Shown piece by piece: positions 25,621 through 38,300 of a stretch of 64,000 bases of DNA (the first letter of the stretch is position 1; every line of letters begins with the position of its first letter). The notes below the pieces were generated by a model. That model did not search any database, was not told the origin of the DNA, and saw only the letters and a program-made list of their open reading frames with translations. Location of the stretch: NCBI RefSeq assembly GCF_033153115.1, contig NW_026889824.1:1240001-1304000 (forward strand). Direction: 5' to 3'. Origin of the DNA: Saccostrea echinata (lineage: Eukaryota). The position numbers were made by a program, and so were the translations under genes.

Positions 25621-25905
25621 ACTTGTATAGCCTGGAGCAGTTAGGGGATTAAACTTTTCATTTTAAAGGGGTATGCAAGGTGAAAAGTTTTTTTCTCCAT
25701 ACATCAAAGGCAGATTCGGGATTCTTGAAAAGGGGCCAAAGAGGCCTGGGTCAGGGGCCGCCTTAAGGCCCCCAGTTAATCAAGGGCAAAGCCTTGGGGG
25801 TGGGTGGTTCCAGGGGTTAAAGCCCCCTGAAGCTCCCAGGTTTTGGGTCTTCTTATAACAGTCTCTCATAAATCCTACAATATAACATGCCTAAACGAAG
25901 ACTGT

Positions 25906-26128
25906 GCATGTTCTCAGCAACTACTCATCGCATGTTCATCGCAAAGACTCGCATGTTCTCAGCAACTACTCATCGCAGATGCTTGACATTTTATCTCAAG
26001 CATCTGCGATGAGTAGTTGCTGAGAACATGCGACGGAAATTTTGTACGGACAGACACACTGGCGGACGTACAGCTAGACGGACACACTAGAGTAAAACAG
26101 CCTCTCTTTCGGAGCAGGGGTATAAAAA
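25906..26128 (-). mobile_element. Truncated HINE-like 5' end terminating in a perfect 38-bp hairpin
   Basis: The minus strand starts TTTTTATACCCCTGCTCCG..(GTCC/GTCT)n..TTTCCGTCGCATGTTCTCAGCAACT. Perfect inverted arms at 25949-25986 / 25996-26033. Confidence 0.6.
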
Positions 26129-26874
26129 TTGATTTATTCATTTTTGTTCACAAAAGGGGTGGGGTCGGGGAGGGATTTGAGGCGTTACCCCCACTAAACA
26201 ACTACTGTAGATTATGCAGACGTGCAAGGTTAAAAGTATATATGACTTTCAAAATGCTAGATGCATCTTAAATGTAAATATGCCATCGTACAAATTTTGT
26301 GCAATCCTGGGATAGCTTGAAACTTTTTTAGATTTAGTAACTATCAAAGGTAAAATTCTGTATTCTTAGTATTGTCATCTTCTGAAACTCTACATGGAAT
26401 ATATGTGTAAAATGGTGATGATGGACTTCATATAATAATCGTATTATAATTATTTCAGTTATTAACAGTGAAATTATAAGTGACAGTAAAGGAAAATACA
26501 AATTTTATTATATAGGATGCACATTTTGTGTACCAAATTAATGAATGGATAAATACATGTATAGGTAGAAAAGAGACTAGGTAATTTGATGAGCTATAAT
26601 ATAATTATCTTGATATAATAGATCTGAATATCAATCATGTTATAAAATGAACCATGTCTTGTGATGGAATTGATCAGAAAAGACCAATCTTGGTAAAAAT
26701 AAAATTGAACATTATATAAGAGGTATGATAAGAGTATTTTGGCCATACGATCAATTTTGATTTCATTTTGTTGGAAAACGTGCAAATAGCGTTATTAGCT
26801 TACAATATTCATGAATTCTGGTTAAACATTTTGCAGTATGAGTCTTTAAGTCTCTAACGTTTGTAGAGAAACCG

Positions 26875-29800
26875 TTACTTCTGAAAAACAATCCTCTCTT
26901 GTATAGTGTTGATGTCGCTATCGCCGACTTTAATCACATGGAATTCATGCTGTTCTATCGTCTCCTTCCGACGCTCATAACCCCACCCCACCCCGTGTCC
27001 CTCACCGGTAGGACCCGAAAGGCTCATAGGAAGACATGAAAAAAGACTAAATGGTAAAAATAACTGTGATTTTTTATCATTCGCCTGATTTTTGTGATAA
27101 GAAGATATAGGCGGATCAAAAGCCGCGGCGTAACCATCTGACCGTAGAACACGCTTTACTTCCGCCAAAAGGTCATCCACTCCCGGAGCGTCATGGAGGA
27201 CGTCATTTATTACGACGAAATCAAACTTTTCTGTCCAGTCACTTGGCAGTTGTCCTCCTATGGTGCACACGAACTGAACGTTCTTTAATCCCTCCTTATT
27301 TAACTCTGAGTTAGCTCTGTCTATGGATTTCTGATCCATGTCGACGCCATACACGTTACTCTGGGGATACAGGTGAGCTATCTTTCTAGCGTGTGCTCCG
27401 TATCCACAACCCAAATCTAACAGTGTAAACTCGTTACCTGTGTAAACAGATCCACAGATTAATAGCATTTTAAATTAATCCAGCTGTCTAGTTATAAACT
27501 TTAACCAATTATGCATAGTCTGTTCGACATGAGCACTTCTCGCTTATTTTTGGCGATAGCAAATAAATTTTGAATTATCCTGAAAGAAGGTTTTCAATAA
27601 TTTAAGGATCTACTGATCGAACTTGTGTGATGATTATGTATTTTGAGATATTATGCAAAAAGTGATGACGTGGTTCACAGGGGAAGACTATTGGCTTTGT
27701 TATTTCTACCAAAGAAAAAAAATCTTTCATTTATGTGTTTATAAGATGTACAATACCTGGTTTCATTTCCAGCACTGGACGGAGAGAATTTTGAGTCCAG
27801 TTTTGAACAGCTTCAGGTGTGCGAAATGCATCCACGAATTTAAGGAATGGTGCAGTATACGGGTAACCTAAGGAATGTGAAACATATGATCAATCTTCTA
27901 CTTGTTTCGCTTCTGAACTTAAAAAAATCATCATTTTTGTACACAACGCAATGACAACTAGAAGTAAATTTTGTTTCTGGTTTACCGCAATGAAGGGTAA
28001 TACAAAATGTAAATTAAGTAATCAGTTTAAATTCAATCACATAATGTTTATTCAGTAAACTTTTTTTTCGAACCTCTGGGTCCATCTTCAGGAACTGCTT
28101 TCTCAAGAAGAGGCATAGCTTCACAAAGTATCGGCAAGGCGCTGGCGTTACGGCCTTGTTCTCTCAATACCTTCTCCTCATATGGAAGAGAATACCTGCC
28201 GTCGTCATGGACTTGTACAATACCTGCTGCTGCTAGGCAACCCAGCCACTCTTGTATGTATCTGTTGTGTAATTTAGAGCTTGATTATTATATATTTTAA
28301 TGACTGGTTCGAGCAAAACGTGTTTTGTCGGACCCAAGAACCAAACTGTATGCTAAGGACGATTGGCCGAAGGCAAACGATTTGGTTCGAGGGGTCAACA
28401 AAATGCATTTTGCCCGAGAACACAATCAATAAATGTTTTGTTATACCTTTTACTTTTTATTTTGACAATCTTTCTCTAGCTTCCATGTTTGCGATAATTG
28501 ATAAGGTATAGCTGATCCCGCCTAAAGTGTGATGTAAAAACGTCATAGCGGTCCAATATCTGATCACATCAACAGGTCCAATATCTCATTCAGCGGTCCA
28601 ATATTATAGGAATTAATTTTTAAAGGTATAATATCTGTATAAAATAGCATCCTTGATGATTACGTATACCGCACGTATACCATTAGGAAATATCTTTAGT
28701 AAATGGGTTAGACATAAGATAGGAAACTTTAAGAAAAAAAATGGGAGGGGGGGGGCACAATCCTCGCTTATCTTTTAAGTACATGAATATAATGTCATTC
28801 GATTTTGGTAAGTAAATAAACGGATAAACCAACGCATCGCAGTATGCAAAGGTGTGGTTGAATTTTTCTGGCATGAAAAACATATTGCAGAAGGAAATTC
28901 AAAACAATAAAAAATGAGTCGTGGTAAGGTTATAATAATGGAGTTAGAATGTATCTGCAGGTTGTAGAACTGTAGCTCCCTGGGATAATAAAAAAGTTCG
29001 GACAGATATGCCAGAAAGCTACAGTATAATTGTGAAGACATCCGATTTAAGGCAATCATTTTTGTTGCATTCTTAGGGTATTTCTGGTATTAATACATCT
29101 ACATGTATAAGGATCTTTCCCCGTCTTTCAGTTCATAACTGACCAAAAACGGATGTCGGAATACGAGCTTGGAAATCGGCATTCTAAGGCCAAACAGAGC
29201 CCTTCGAACCGTTGAAGGATATATACATGTAAAGTAACAATATAGTAGGAGTACAATTAGTTTAAAATGGACTCCATTTATCAGGCGGGGAAATGCATTT
29301 ATTTATAATATCAGAAATAATATACTCGATATGTGCGAAAAGAAGGTATCAGCTTTTATTCCCTGTGTAGCTTGTAACACGAGCTTTGATTGGTTACAAA
29401 GTTGGGTGTAAATTTCCGTACACCCAACTTGAGCCGGGGGTAAAAACCGTGACGTCACAATGCATATTTTCTCTATGAAAAAAAGCAAATAACACGATGC
29501 ATTTTAGGACGTAGTAAAACTTATCGATAGCTTGAAACACATGCAGTTGATTGGGCTTGTTTAGAAAGTACATAGGAAATAAATTCGTTATCCAGGCCCA
29601 ATCAAGGGTGTACGGGGATTAACTCCGGGTTGTATTCCATACACCCTTCGGCTTTCGGCCTCAGGGTGTATGGAATAAAACCCGGGGTAAATTTAATCTC
29701 CTTACACCCTTGATTGGACCTGGATAACTAATAAAATCAAAGGATTTTTCATTGATGGGTCTGTAACTCTCGGGTATGTCTGTTCGAATTTTCTGTCCAA

Positions 29801-30991
29801 AAAAAGCTACACTTCTGCAGCTATCCTTCCAATGACTTTTTAAGTTACTAGATTAGGTCACCTGAGTCACTCAGGTAAACTATTGCTATCTGTTTTTGTC
29901 CGTCGTCGTGCGTCGTTCGTCGAGCTTTAACATTTGAACATTTTCAGCTTTTTTTCTCTGGAACCGTTGAACCAATTTCAATCAATTTTGGCATATAGCA
30001 TCTATGGGTGAAGGCGATCAAAAATTGTGAATTTCATGGTCCCAACCCCATCCCTTCCTGGGGACTGAGACGTGGTTCTAAAACCATCAAAATTATAGTG
30101 CAATCTTTAAAAATCTTCCTCTTTTCTCCTGGACATCAAGCAGTCAAACTGTTGGCATGATTATAATAAGCATCGAGCCCTCTACCAAAATCGTGAAATT
30201 CTTGACCCCTGGGTCAGGGGTTAGGGTTTGGCTCTATAGATCAAATAGTGAAAGTGCATTATTACTTTTAAAATCTTTTATGCTCCTGGGTTTTAAGCAA
30301 ACAAGCTAAATGCTTTGTAATAATGAACATGGGTGCCTCTACCTAAATTTTGATTTTCATGGTCCCTATAATACTGTGAAAGTGACAAATTGGGGTAAGC
30401 ATTTCTTACTGAGTATTAGACTAATTATTTTGTGATCTCTGATGATCCCATTTCTCTTGCTTTTGGGCATTATAGCTTCATCTATCAGTTTATTTTGTTT
30501 TATTCCTTTTTACTTCTATGGATCCTTGACAGTGTTGTTTTATACTCAGGTGAACGTTAAGGCCCTTGGGTCTCCTGTATATTACATGTACCTGCTTATC
30601 CGAATTTTTACTAAACGCTTTGAAGTTGAACTTTTCTTTTTCAAATCTACTGTTAAGAGAATCGAGCCATGTCGTTTCATTATAAAAATCCATCGTGCAG
30701 CGAGTCGCTGTGGTGAGGACACTTAGTACTATGTATCTATTGATACGAGATATTGTTTCTTTTCAAAAATATAAATATAAATTAAATCTATGCATTTAAA
30801 TTTAGAGCGTCAATAACGTCTCACCTTATCTTCATCCCGGCTTGTTGGCTGAGTTCTTCTGCGGTACACGGCTGCTTGATCTTAATGAAGTGGTCAACGA
30901 TCCCTACCTTGTATCCGAATCCAAACACTAATGTACTGAGTCCGTCCCGTACTATCTGCTCCAGATCCCGAGCTCCAGTTGAGGATGCCAT
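26875..30991 (-). CDS. Rv2258c-like SAM-dependent methyltransferase (N-terminal winged helix + class I MTase), 342 aa, 4 exons
   Basis: Exons 30991-30825, 28261-28074, 27867-27757, 27437-26875, GT-AG with phases 2/1/1, total 1029 nt. wHTH TAEELSQQAGMKIRYIQEWLGCLAAAGIV, SAM motif I LLDLGCGYG, post-I VYGVD, FDFVVINDVLHD, EVKRVLRSDG, and C-terminal SLFSCLPMSL..GEGHGVGWG characteristic of this family. Confidence 0.9.
29587..29728. repeat. Long imperfect hairpin (probable non-autonomous element end) in MTase intron 1
   Basis: Arms GTTATCCAGGCCCAATCAAGGGTGTA..TATTCCATACACCCT / AGGGTGTATGGAATA..TACACCCTTGATTGGACCTGGATAAC around a short GGCTTTCGGCC apex. Confidence 0.8.
29853..30578 (+). mobile_element. 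HINE/Helitron-N element (second family) in MTase intron 1
   Basis: 5' TTAGGTCACCTGAGTCACTCAGGT, (GTC)n microsatellite, 2-3 diverged internal units, 3' ACTCAGGTGAAC plus hairpin GGCCCTTGGGTC and TCCTGT. Confidence 0.8.
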
Positions 30992-31232
30992 TATCAATTT
31001 TAAAAACGAACAGCGGTGATCAACTACTACAGCATAATGTGTATATTAAGGGGGTTCATTAGGATCTTTAAATACACACACAAGCTATGTAATCTTCACC
31101 TTGGATCGTTTTAACCTTGTCGCGTGATATACATTTGTAAGTCACGTTCTCTGGCGGTCAATAAAAAAAAATAGAAGAAACGGAAAATTACTTTAAAGAC
31201 AGATTTGTTGACTGAATATTACGTACTAAAAC

Positions 31233-31667
31233 TATGGTGTCCGGATAGGGCCATTTGCAAAAGCTCAACAGCACGTTCAGAAAAACACGCCATCGTGCTA
31301 ACACACAACAACACCATCACGCTATTACAATTATACAAAACCCGTCATCGCGCTTATACACAACACTCCGTCGCGCTAACACGCTTTCAAACAACACGCT
31401 GTTGCGCTAACACAACTTAACACAACACGCCGTCGCGCTGTCACACAACACGCCGTCGCGCTAAAGCAACTCTACTCAAAACGCTGTCACACAACTTGCA
31501 AACACAACTTTGTGATAGCGCGACGGCGTGTTGTGCGAACTTGTGTTTGCTTAACGGCGTGTTGTTCAATGATGTGTTAGTGCGATGGCGTGTTGTGTGT
31601 TAGCGTGACGGCGTGTTTTTCTGAACGCGCTGTTGAGCTTTGCAAATGGCCCTATCCGGACACCATA
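31233..31667. mobile_element. Palindromic MITE ~240 bp upstream of the MTase start codon
   Basis: Long TIRs TGGTGTCCGGATAGGGCCATTTGCAAAAGCTCAACAGC.CGTTCAGAAAAACACGCC / reverse complement at the right end, flanking TA, and internal CAACACGCCGTCGCGCT repeats. Confidence 0.85.
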
Positions 31668-32704
31668 TAAAACCTATATTATATGGCATATCAACCCGTG
31701 AGCCCAAGGGCTGATATGATATGTTATATGGATTTAAGTACGTAATATTCTACTTATCACACATTTAAAATATTTTTTATACGAGTTCAAATAAAGTATG
31801 TAGGCTAATACATAAACTTAGTAGTGAATACACTCATTCCGCACTGTGCGATACGAGTGACGTCACAATACCTCATATCAAAAACGGGTGCGAAAACCCA
31901 TATCAGACCGGCGTGCAAAAATCCATATCAAACCGGTAGTAGCGTTTAAACAACGTTTAGATTTAAAATAACTCAATTTTATCGAAACACATATATGCAA
32001 TACAATTCATGTACTTAAAAGTTTGTTGATTGATTTTAAAATTACCTAAAATTGGCTCTGTAAGTATTCAAAAAAGGCCTAAAGGCACGAATCATTTGTA
32101 AATGAATTTAAGTGGATTTTTAAATATATGAGAAATACACTGTAACTAAAAACTAAAATCCATATCATGGAGCCACTCAGGCTGAAATGACATATGATAT
32201 GAATTTTAGTACTATTAGAATTTTCTGTTTAGTAACTCTCCTTCTTGGAGAGGACTTACATAGGCAACGCCTGATGTCCAATCCAATTATATAATTTGAC
32301 TTCATAAGATACATTGTAATTGATTAAATTTCGTAGCTTGAAATTAAACAGTACTTGAGAATTTCTTGATAAAGTGTTTACACTGAAATCTCCTTTTGCC
32401 TTTTGTTGATTTAATATGTTTTGACCATTTGAGATAAATTAAAATAGTCACTATTTGTCAAATTTGTCGACAAGACCTCTGGGTAATTTTACTCCTCCGA
32501 TGAAGCAACACAATCCTTAATTTAAAAGGCTATAAGAGAGAAAGAAGAATTATTGGCTTTGGTGATGTTGAGATTAAAGTTTCTTCCAAACCACAGGGCA
32601 AACGTTGACAAAATAATTTGGGTATGAAAAGCTGGTCGATATATTAATAAGGCAATGTTATTGATACAATAGTTGTATTTTCATTAAAAAAATGTCTATA
32701 TAAA

Positions 32705-33515
32705 ATTTCTAATGCCTCTGACCTATTATCTAATTACTAATGCCTCTGACCTATTATCTAATTTCTAATGCCTCTGACCTATAATCTAATTACTAATGCC
32801 TCTGACCTATTATCTAATTACTAATGCCTCTGACCTATTATCTAATTACTAATGCCTCTGACCTATAATCTAATTACTAATGCCTCTGACCTATAATCTA
32901 ATTACTAATGCCTCTGACCTATTATCTAATTTCTAATGCCTCTGACCTATTATCTAATTTCTAATGCCTCTGACCTATTATCTAATTACTAATGCCTCTG
33001 ACCTATTATCTAATTTCTAATGCCTCTGACCTATTATCTAATTTCTAATGCCTCTGACCTATTATCTAATTACTAATGCCTCTGACCTATTATCTAATTT
33101 CTAATGCCTCTGACCTATTATCTAATTACTAATGCCTCTGACCTATAATCTAATTACTAATGCCTCTGACCTATTATCTAATTACTAATGCCTCTGACCT
33201 ATAATCTAATTACTAATGCCTCTGACCTATAATCTAATTTCTAATGCCTCTGACCTATTATCTAATTTCTAATGCCTCTGACCTATTATCTAATTTCTAA
33301 TGCCTCTGACCTATTATCTAATTACTAATGCCTCTGACCTATTATCTAATTTCTAATGCCTCTGACCTATTATCTGATTACTAATGCCTCTGACCTATTA
33401 TCTAATTACTAATGCCTCTGACCTATTATCTAATTACTAATGCCTCTGACCTATTATCTAATTACTAATGCCTCTGACCTATTATCTAATTACTAATGCC
33501 TCTGACCTATTATCT
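32705..33515. repeat. 28-bp minisatellite (~29 copies)
   Basis: Unit TAATGCCTCTGACCTAT(T/A)ATCTAATT(A/T)C, highly homogeneous. Confidence 0.97.
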
Positions 33516-34953
33516 CAGATCTAATGTTTTAAGTTGGGTTTTAAAATATTGTAGAAAAAAATTTGTTATTTTATCAAATAAATATTAAATTACGTGTTGA
33601 AATATGGCTATACAAATGTTCCTATCGTAATTCCTGAGACAATAAATGTATTGGTTTAAAAATATATATTAATTTTTTTTATATACATGTATAACAAAAT
33701 GTGGAATTGTATTTGCAAGGTATCGTTGACAAACACTAACCCTAAACTCCATCACTCCAAATTGATGTGATATACCAACTAGACATTTGTGATTTCAAAT
33801 CTGTCCTTTGTTGGAGTCTAAACGTTTGTTCTTGGTGACATCAATTTTTGACGAACAAAATAAAACAGAAAAATAATATTTAGTAAATTTATTATGAATA
33901 ATATTCAAACATTGCGTATATTAGTTCACATGACACGCAAGGTTTAAGAAACATGTCCAAATACAGTTGATATAGTTCTAGAGTTTCATTGTTAACCTGC
34001 TGCAAATATCGAAAGATATATATTATATCGAAATATAACATAAGATACATACATGTACATGTAAATACAACACTATTCAAAAACATCCAAAGATACTCCT
34101 ACCCCCTTCTTCATAAAACGTTTTCGTTGTATAAAGACAATCATTGCATAAAAAATTTTCAACTAACCTGCTTCAATTGTCCTCAGTTTGTTTACTACTT
34201 TGTGGTTCTGTGTTTTGTGGAAATTAACATTATCATAGATTTTAATCAATAATTTAAAGAGAGAGAGAGAGAGAGAAGAAAAAAACCGTTGAAACCCTAA
34301 TTATAATGTTGTCCTATTGTATAAAGTCCTATGGTATCACAACTTGAACAAATTTGATCTTCTTCTATATCCACGTGTAGTAAAGCTTGCACGATAATTT
34401 TGACTACTCGAGACTTTGTGGTTTTGGAGAAAACGGTATCTTGCAACTTTTTTAATATATTAATTTCTTCAAAGAAAATCTGGCATTCAAATTGAGATCC
34501 ATCGCAGCCATTTAGGTAACAGAACAAAATTAAATCTTCTCCAATGTAAATCATATACGGTACCAATTTTGATGCACCAGATGCGCATTTCGACAAATTA
34601 TGTCTTCAGTGATGCTCATGCCGAAACACTGGAAATCCAAAATTTTCAAACACAAAAGACTTTGAAGAGCTGGAAAAAAGATGCCAAAACTTGAGCCAAA
34701 TAAAGAGACCTTTTTTAAACCTTTGAGATCTCATTTTAACTTAAACTGATAGATCTAAAAATAGAAACAAAGTGACATGTATGAAGTTTATAGTCAACAG
34801 ACGGACTAGGGTTACTTTTTAAATGACAAGAATAGCTTACTCTGAAAAAGATGAACTAAAAAAAGTAACTTTTATAATTTGAATTTAGTTGAATATATTA
34901 AAATTACAAATCTCTGATATATAATCAGCATTTCCATTCATCATGATAGAAAT

Positions 34954-35145
34954 ACAGGGTTATTTTCGCACTGTGTTGTTTTCGCCCTTTCACATTTGCA
35001 AACAATTAAAATATGCCAAGAAACAGATTTGTTTAAGATATAATACTGTTTACTTTGAATTCACTCCGTTTTAAATTTGCCCACTTCAAACGAGGGCAAA
35101 AGAGGCGAAAATAAAACGGGGGCGAAAATTTCCTTGTAAACAGTA
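34954..35145. mobile_element. Small MITE remnant
   Basis: TACAGGGTTATTTTCGC.. at the left and ..GGGCGAAAATTTCCTTGTAAACAGTA at the right form imperfect TIRs. Confidence 0.55.
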
Positions 35146-35356
35146 TAAACTATTATTTCAGTTGAAGAAACATATCCCTTTTTATTCTTTACTGCAAGAC
35201 ATGCATATTGACTTTTGTACACCTTTGAAGTGTACAGGGTCATTGGAAAGAAAAATGCTTCATATGAAATGGACAACTGTCTCTCTACGCTTTTGATTCC
35301 CATCAACAATTTTCATACTTAAAAGCATATTTCCTTCTTTTCCTGTAGTGTAGTTC

Positions 35357-38300
35357 TCATGATAACCAGCTATGGCTTCCTCTGCGACTTCTGGGGCAGG
35401 ATCCCTCATGCATGTCCATTTCTATCTTCTCCACCAATTCCTCGGGGAGTAAGAAAACCTTCTTCTCTACATTTTTCGTGTCATGCGGTGTGTCATCTAT
35501 TAAAAAAATGCACCTTATTTTCAATTTATGTGATTTTGTGTACAATCATATGGTAAGTTTTATATATATACTACCTCGGTATATTGCCCTCCGTTATATT
35601 GCCACCCTCGCTTATTGCCAGGAATTCTCGAAGAACCGATTTCACCCTGTGTTAATACACCCGTTATATTGCCACCCCCGCTTATTGCCATCCGCCACTG
35701 GTTTTGGGAAACAAAAGGTCAAATTATGTAAGGAAAACCCTCGGTAACAATGCCAATTATCTAGCGCGTGTCGGTAATTTGGACACCACACCCGTGCTTT
35801 GACAGTGGTTGCGGTGAAGCGTGACTGCCTGGACAAGGAATTCAGCTAAATTAAAAATAATCGTTGTATTAAACTCAAAATTAGCAATGTCTTTGGCGTG
35901 TGTATTTAAGATAGAAGAATCATTTCATCACAGAAATGAAACGTACGTCAGACGAGAGAAAGCGTGCAAATTTAGATTACGAAAAAAAAAGATTGATCAA
36001 CAATCGATCTATTTGATCGTAAATGGCCGATTATTGCTTATATTGGATAATGCACAAAACCATAATAAATGCAAAAATTCATTTGTGTCCCCTTAGATTA
36101 AGAAGCCATTCTATCGATCAAAAAGGAAACCCCATATCTATTTTTAGACTACCATAATTCCGCACGTGAAAATATTAAGGATTCCGTTAGCCCTGAAATT
36201 TTCTTTAATTGTCGGGCATTGTTTGATTGATAAATATCCAAACAGAATCGGAAGAGTACACAGGTACTAGCAAACATGAAAATACATGTTTAATATAAAG
36301 GGTTGACGTATTCTGACATGTGACTTACCATTCGTCAGTCATGATGCTTTACCAACCGAACTTTTTAACTGATTCAGAAATTTTTGAGACGGTGAAATAA
36401 TCTACTTTCGATTCAGATGAAATTAATAATAATTCTCAAAAACTTTTTTATACCAAGAGGCTATAACGGCCACCGACATTTTTGGCATCCATTCTTAGAG
36501 TATGACGAAAGTAAATTGATGCGTTCAATATTCTGATATTTTATTTCTTTTTAGTCAAAATATTGTAAAAAAAATAAATAAATAAATAAAAAAAATAATA
36601 ATAGTGACTTTTTTTCAACTGCCCTTATACACATGTGACATAAATAGATTGTAATTGAAATAAATTACGTAATCTATTTATTTTATTTTGATAACCCACT
36701 GAATTGTAATTTATAGCAGAATTCGTTATATTGCCACCCTCGCTTTAATGCCAAAATCTGTCTTGGACAAAAGTTGNNNNNNNNNNNNNNNNNNNNNNNN
36801 NNNNNNNNNNNNNNNNNNNNNNNNNNNNNNNNNNNNNNNNNNNNNNNNNNNNNNNNNNNNNNNNNNNNNNNNNNNNNNNNNNNNNNNNNNNNNNNNNNNN
36901 NNNNNNNNNNNNNNNAACAAGAAGAAAAGTTATAAAGTTATACGAGGGGTGATAAAAACTTCGCGAACTATCTCTATATTTACAAAACCACAATTCAGAG
37001 CAGAATGAAATTTGGCACACATATAGTCATACACATGTTCTATAAATAACAGGTGTTATGTGATGTTTTGCTCCATGTTTGTGACGTCACAATGTGAAAA
37101 TGACGTCGTAGGTAGTGACTTGTAACAAAAAAATGGTTGACTCAGTCGTATTCGAGCTAAAAGTGAAGTTTAACGTATATCTCGGAAACTCCTTTGCAGT
37201 AGCAAATAATAATTTGTACAAGGTTTGTGAAGACAAAAGACTTGCCAGAAGTTTAATCATTAATTAGATTGATTGTTTTAGTGAAGAAAGGGAGATGGTT
37301 GCCCAGTGAAAGCAAGCTGGGAAAGAGATGTGTCTTCAGTTGACCAATTTGTTATGAAAGATCGCCAACTTACAGTTAGAAAAATAGTTGAATATCTTAA
37401 CAATAATATAATTATTAAATCCTTAAAATATCATTTACTTTACACTTTAAACATATCAGATATGATAAAAAGAAGGAGCCCATACTTTATCCACATTGGA
37501 TAAACGACGCCCCCAAGACAGAAGACTTGGGTTGTGATGGTCACCATGCTCATTCTGTGGAAGGATATCCTTATCCACCCATCCAATTGCCGAGATGTGG
37601 CCATTTTTGACAAATCGACTGTTCTTGTTATAAAAAATAACTTGCAAGGTAAGAAATATAAGACTCGAAAAAATCAGTTTTAAAGACACCATTCAAGATA
37701 TTTTTATCAAACTTCATATCCTGACACATACTGATGAGAGCTATTCAAATGCATCAATATTTTTTTTAACCTTGATCTTACCTTTGACCTTGACCTCACT
37801 TTTCTTAAATTAGTGTTTAGCTCAGTTTTAAAGAAACTATTAAAGATATTTTTATCAAACTTCATATGCTGATACATACTTATGAAAGTTATTCAACTGC
37901 ATCATCATTTTATTGTCCTTTCCTTTGACCTTGACCTCACTTATCTTAAATAAGTGTCAAACTTCATATGCTGATACATACTGATGTAAGCAATAAAACT
38001 GCATCAACGTTTTTGACCTTGGCCTTTCATTTTACCTTGACCTCACTTTTATCAATTTGTGTTTAACTCAGTTTTTAAGAAACCATTTATAATATTTTTA
38101 TCAAATTTCATATGCATATATATACTGATGTAAGCTTTACAACTGCATCAACATTTTTTGACCTTGACCTTTCCTTTGACCTTAACTTCGTTTATTTTAA
38201 ATTAGTGTTTAGCTCAGTTTTAAATAAACCATTCAAAATATTTTTATCAAACTTAATATGCTGATACGTATTTGTGAGAACTATTCAAATGCATCAAAAA

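Noticed and set aside
26875-27468. Stand-alone 197-aa methyltransferase ORF / bacterial contamination
   Set aside because: It is the last exon of a 4-exon gene. The ORF start lies in the intron upstream of the acceptor at 27438.
32705-33515. CRISPR-like appearance of the 28-bp repeats (also the 42-bp array)
   Set aside because: The units are contiguous with no unique spacers, there are no cas genes, and the context is eukaryotic.
36726-37020. ORFs spanning N runs (also 48381-48595 and 49493-49753)
   Set aside because: Artefacts of assembly gaps.
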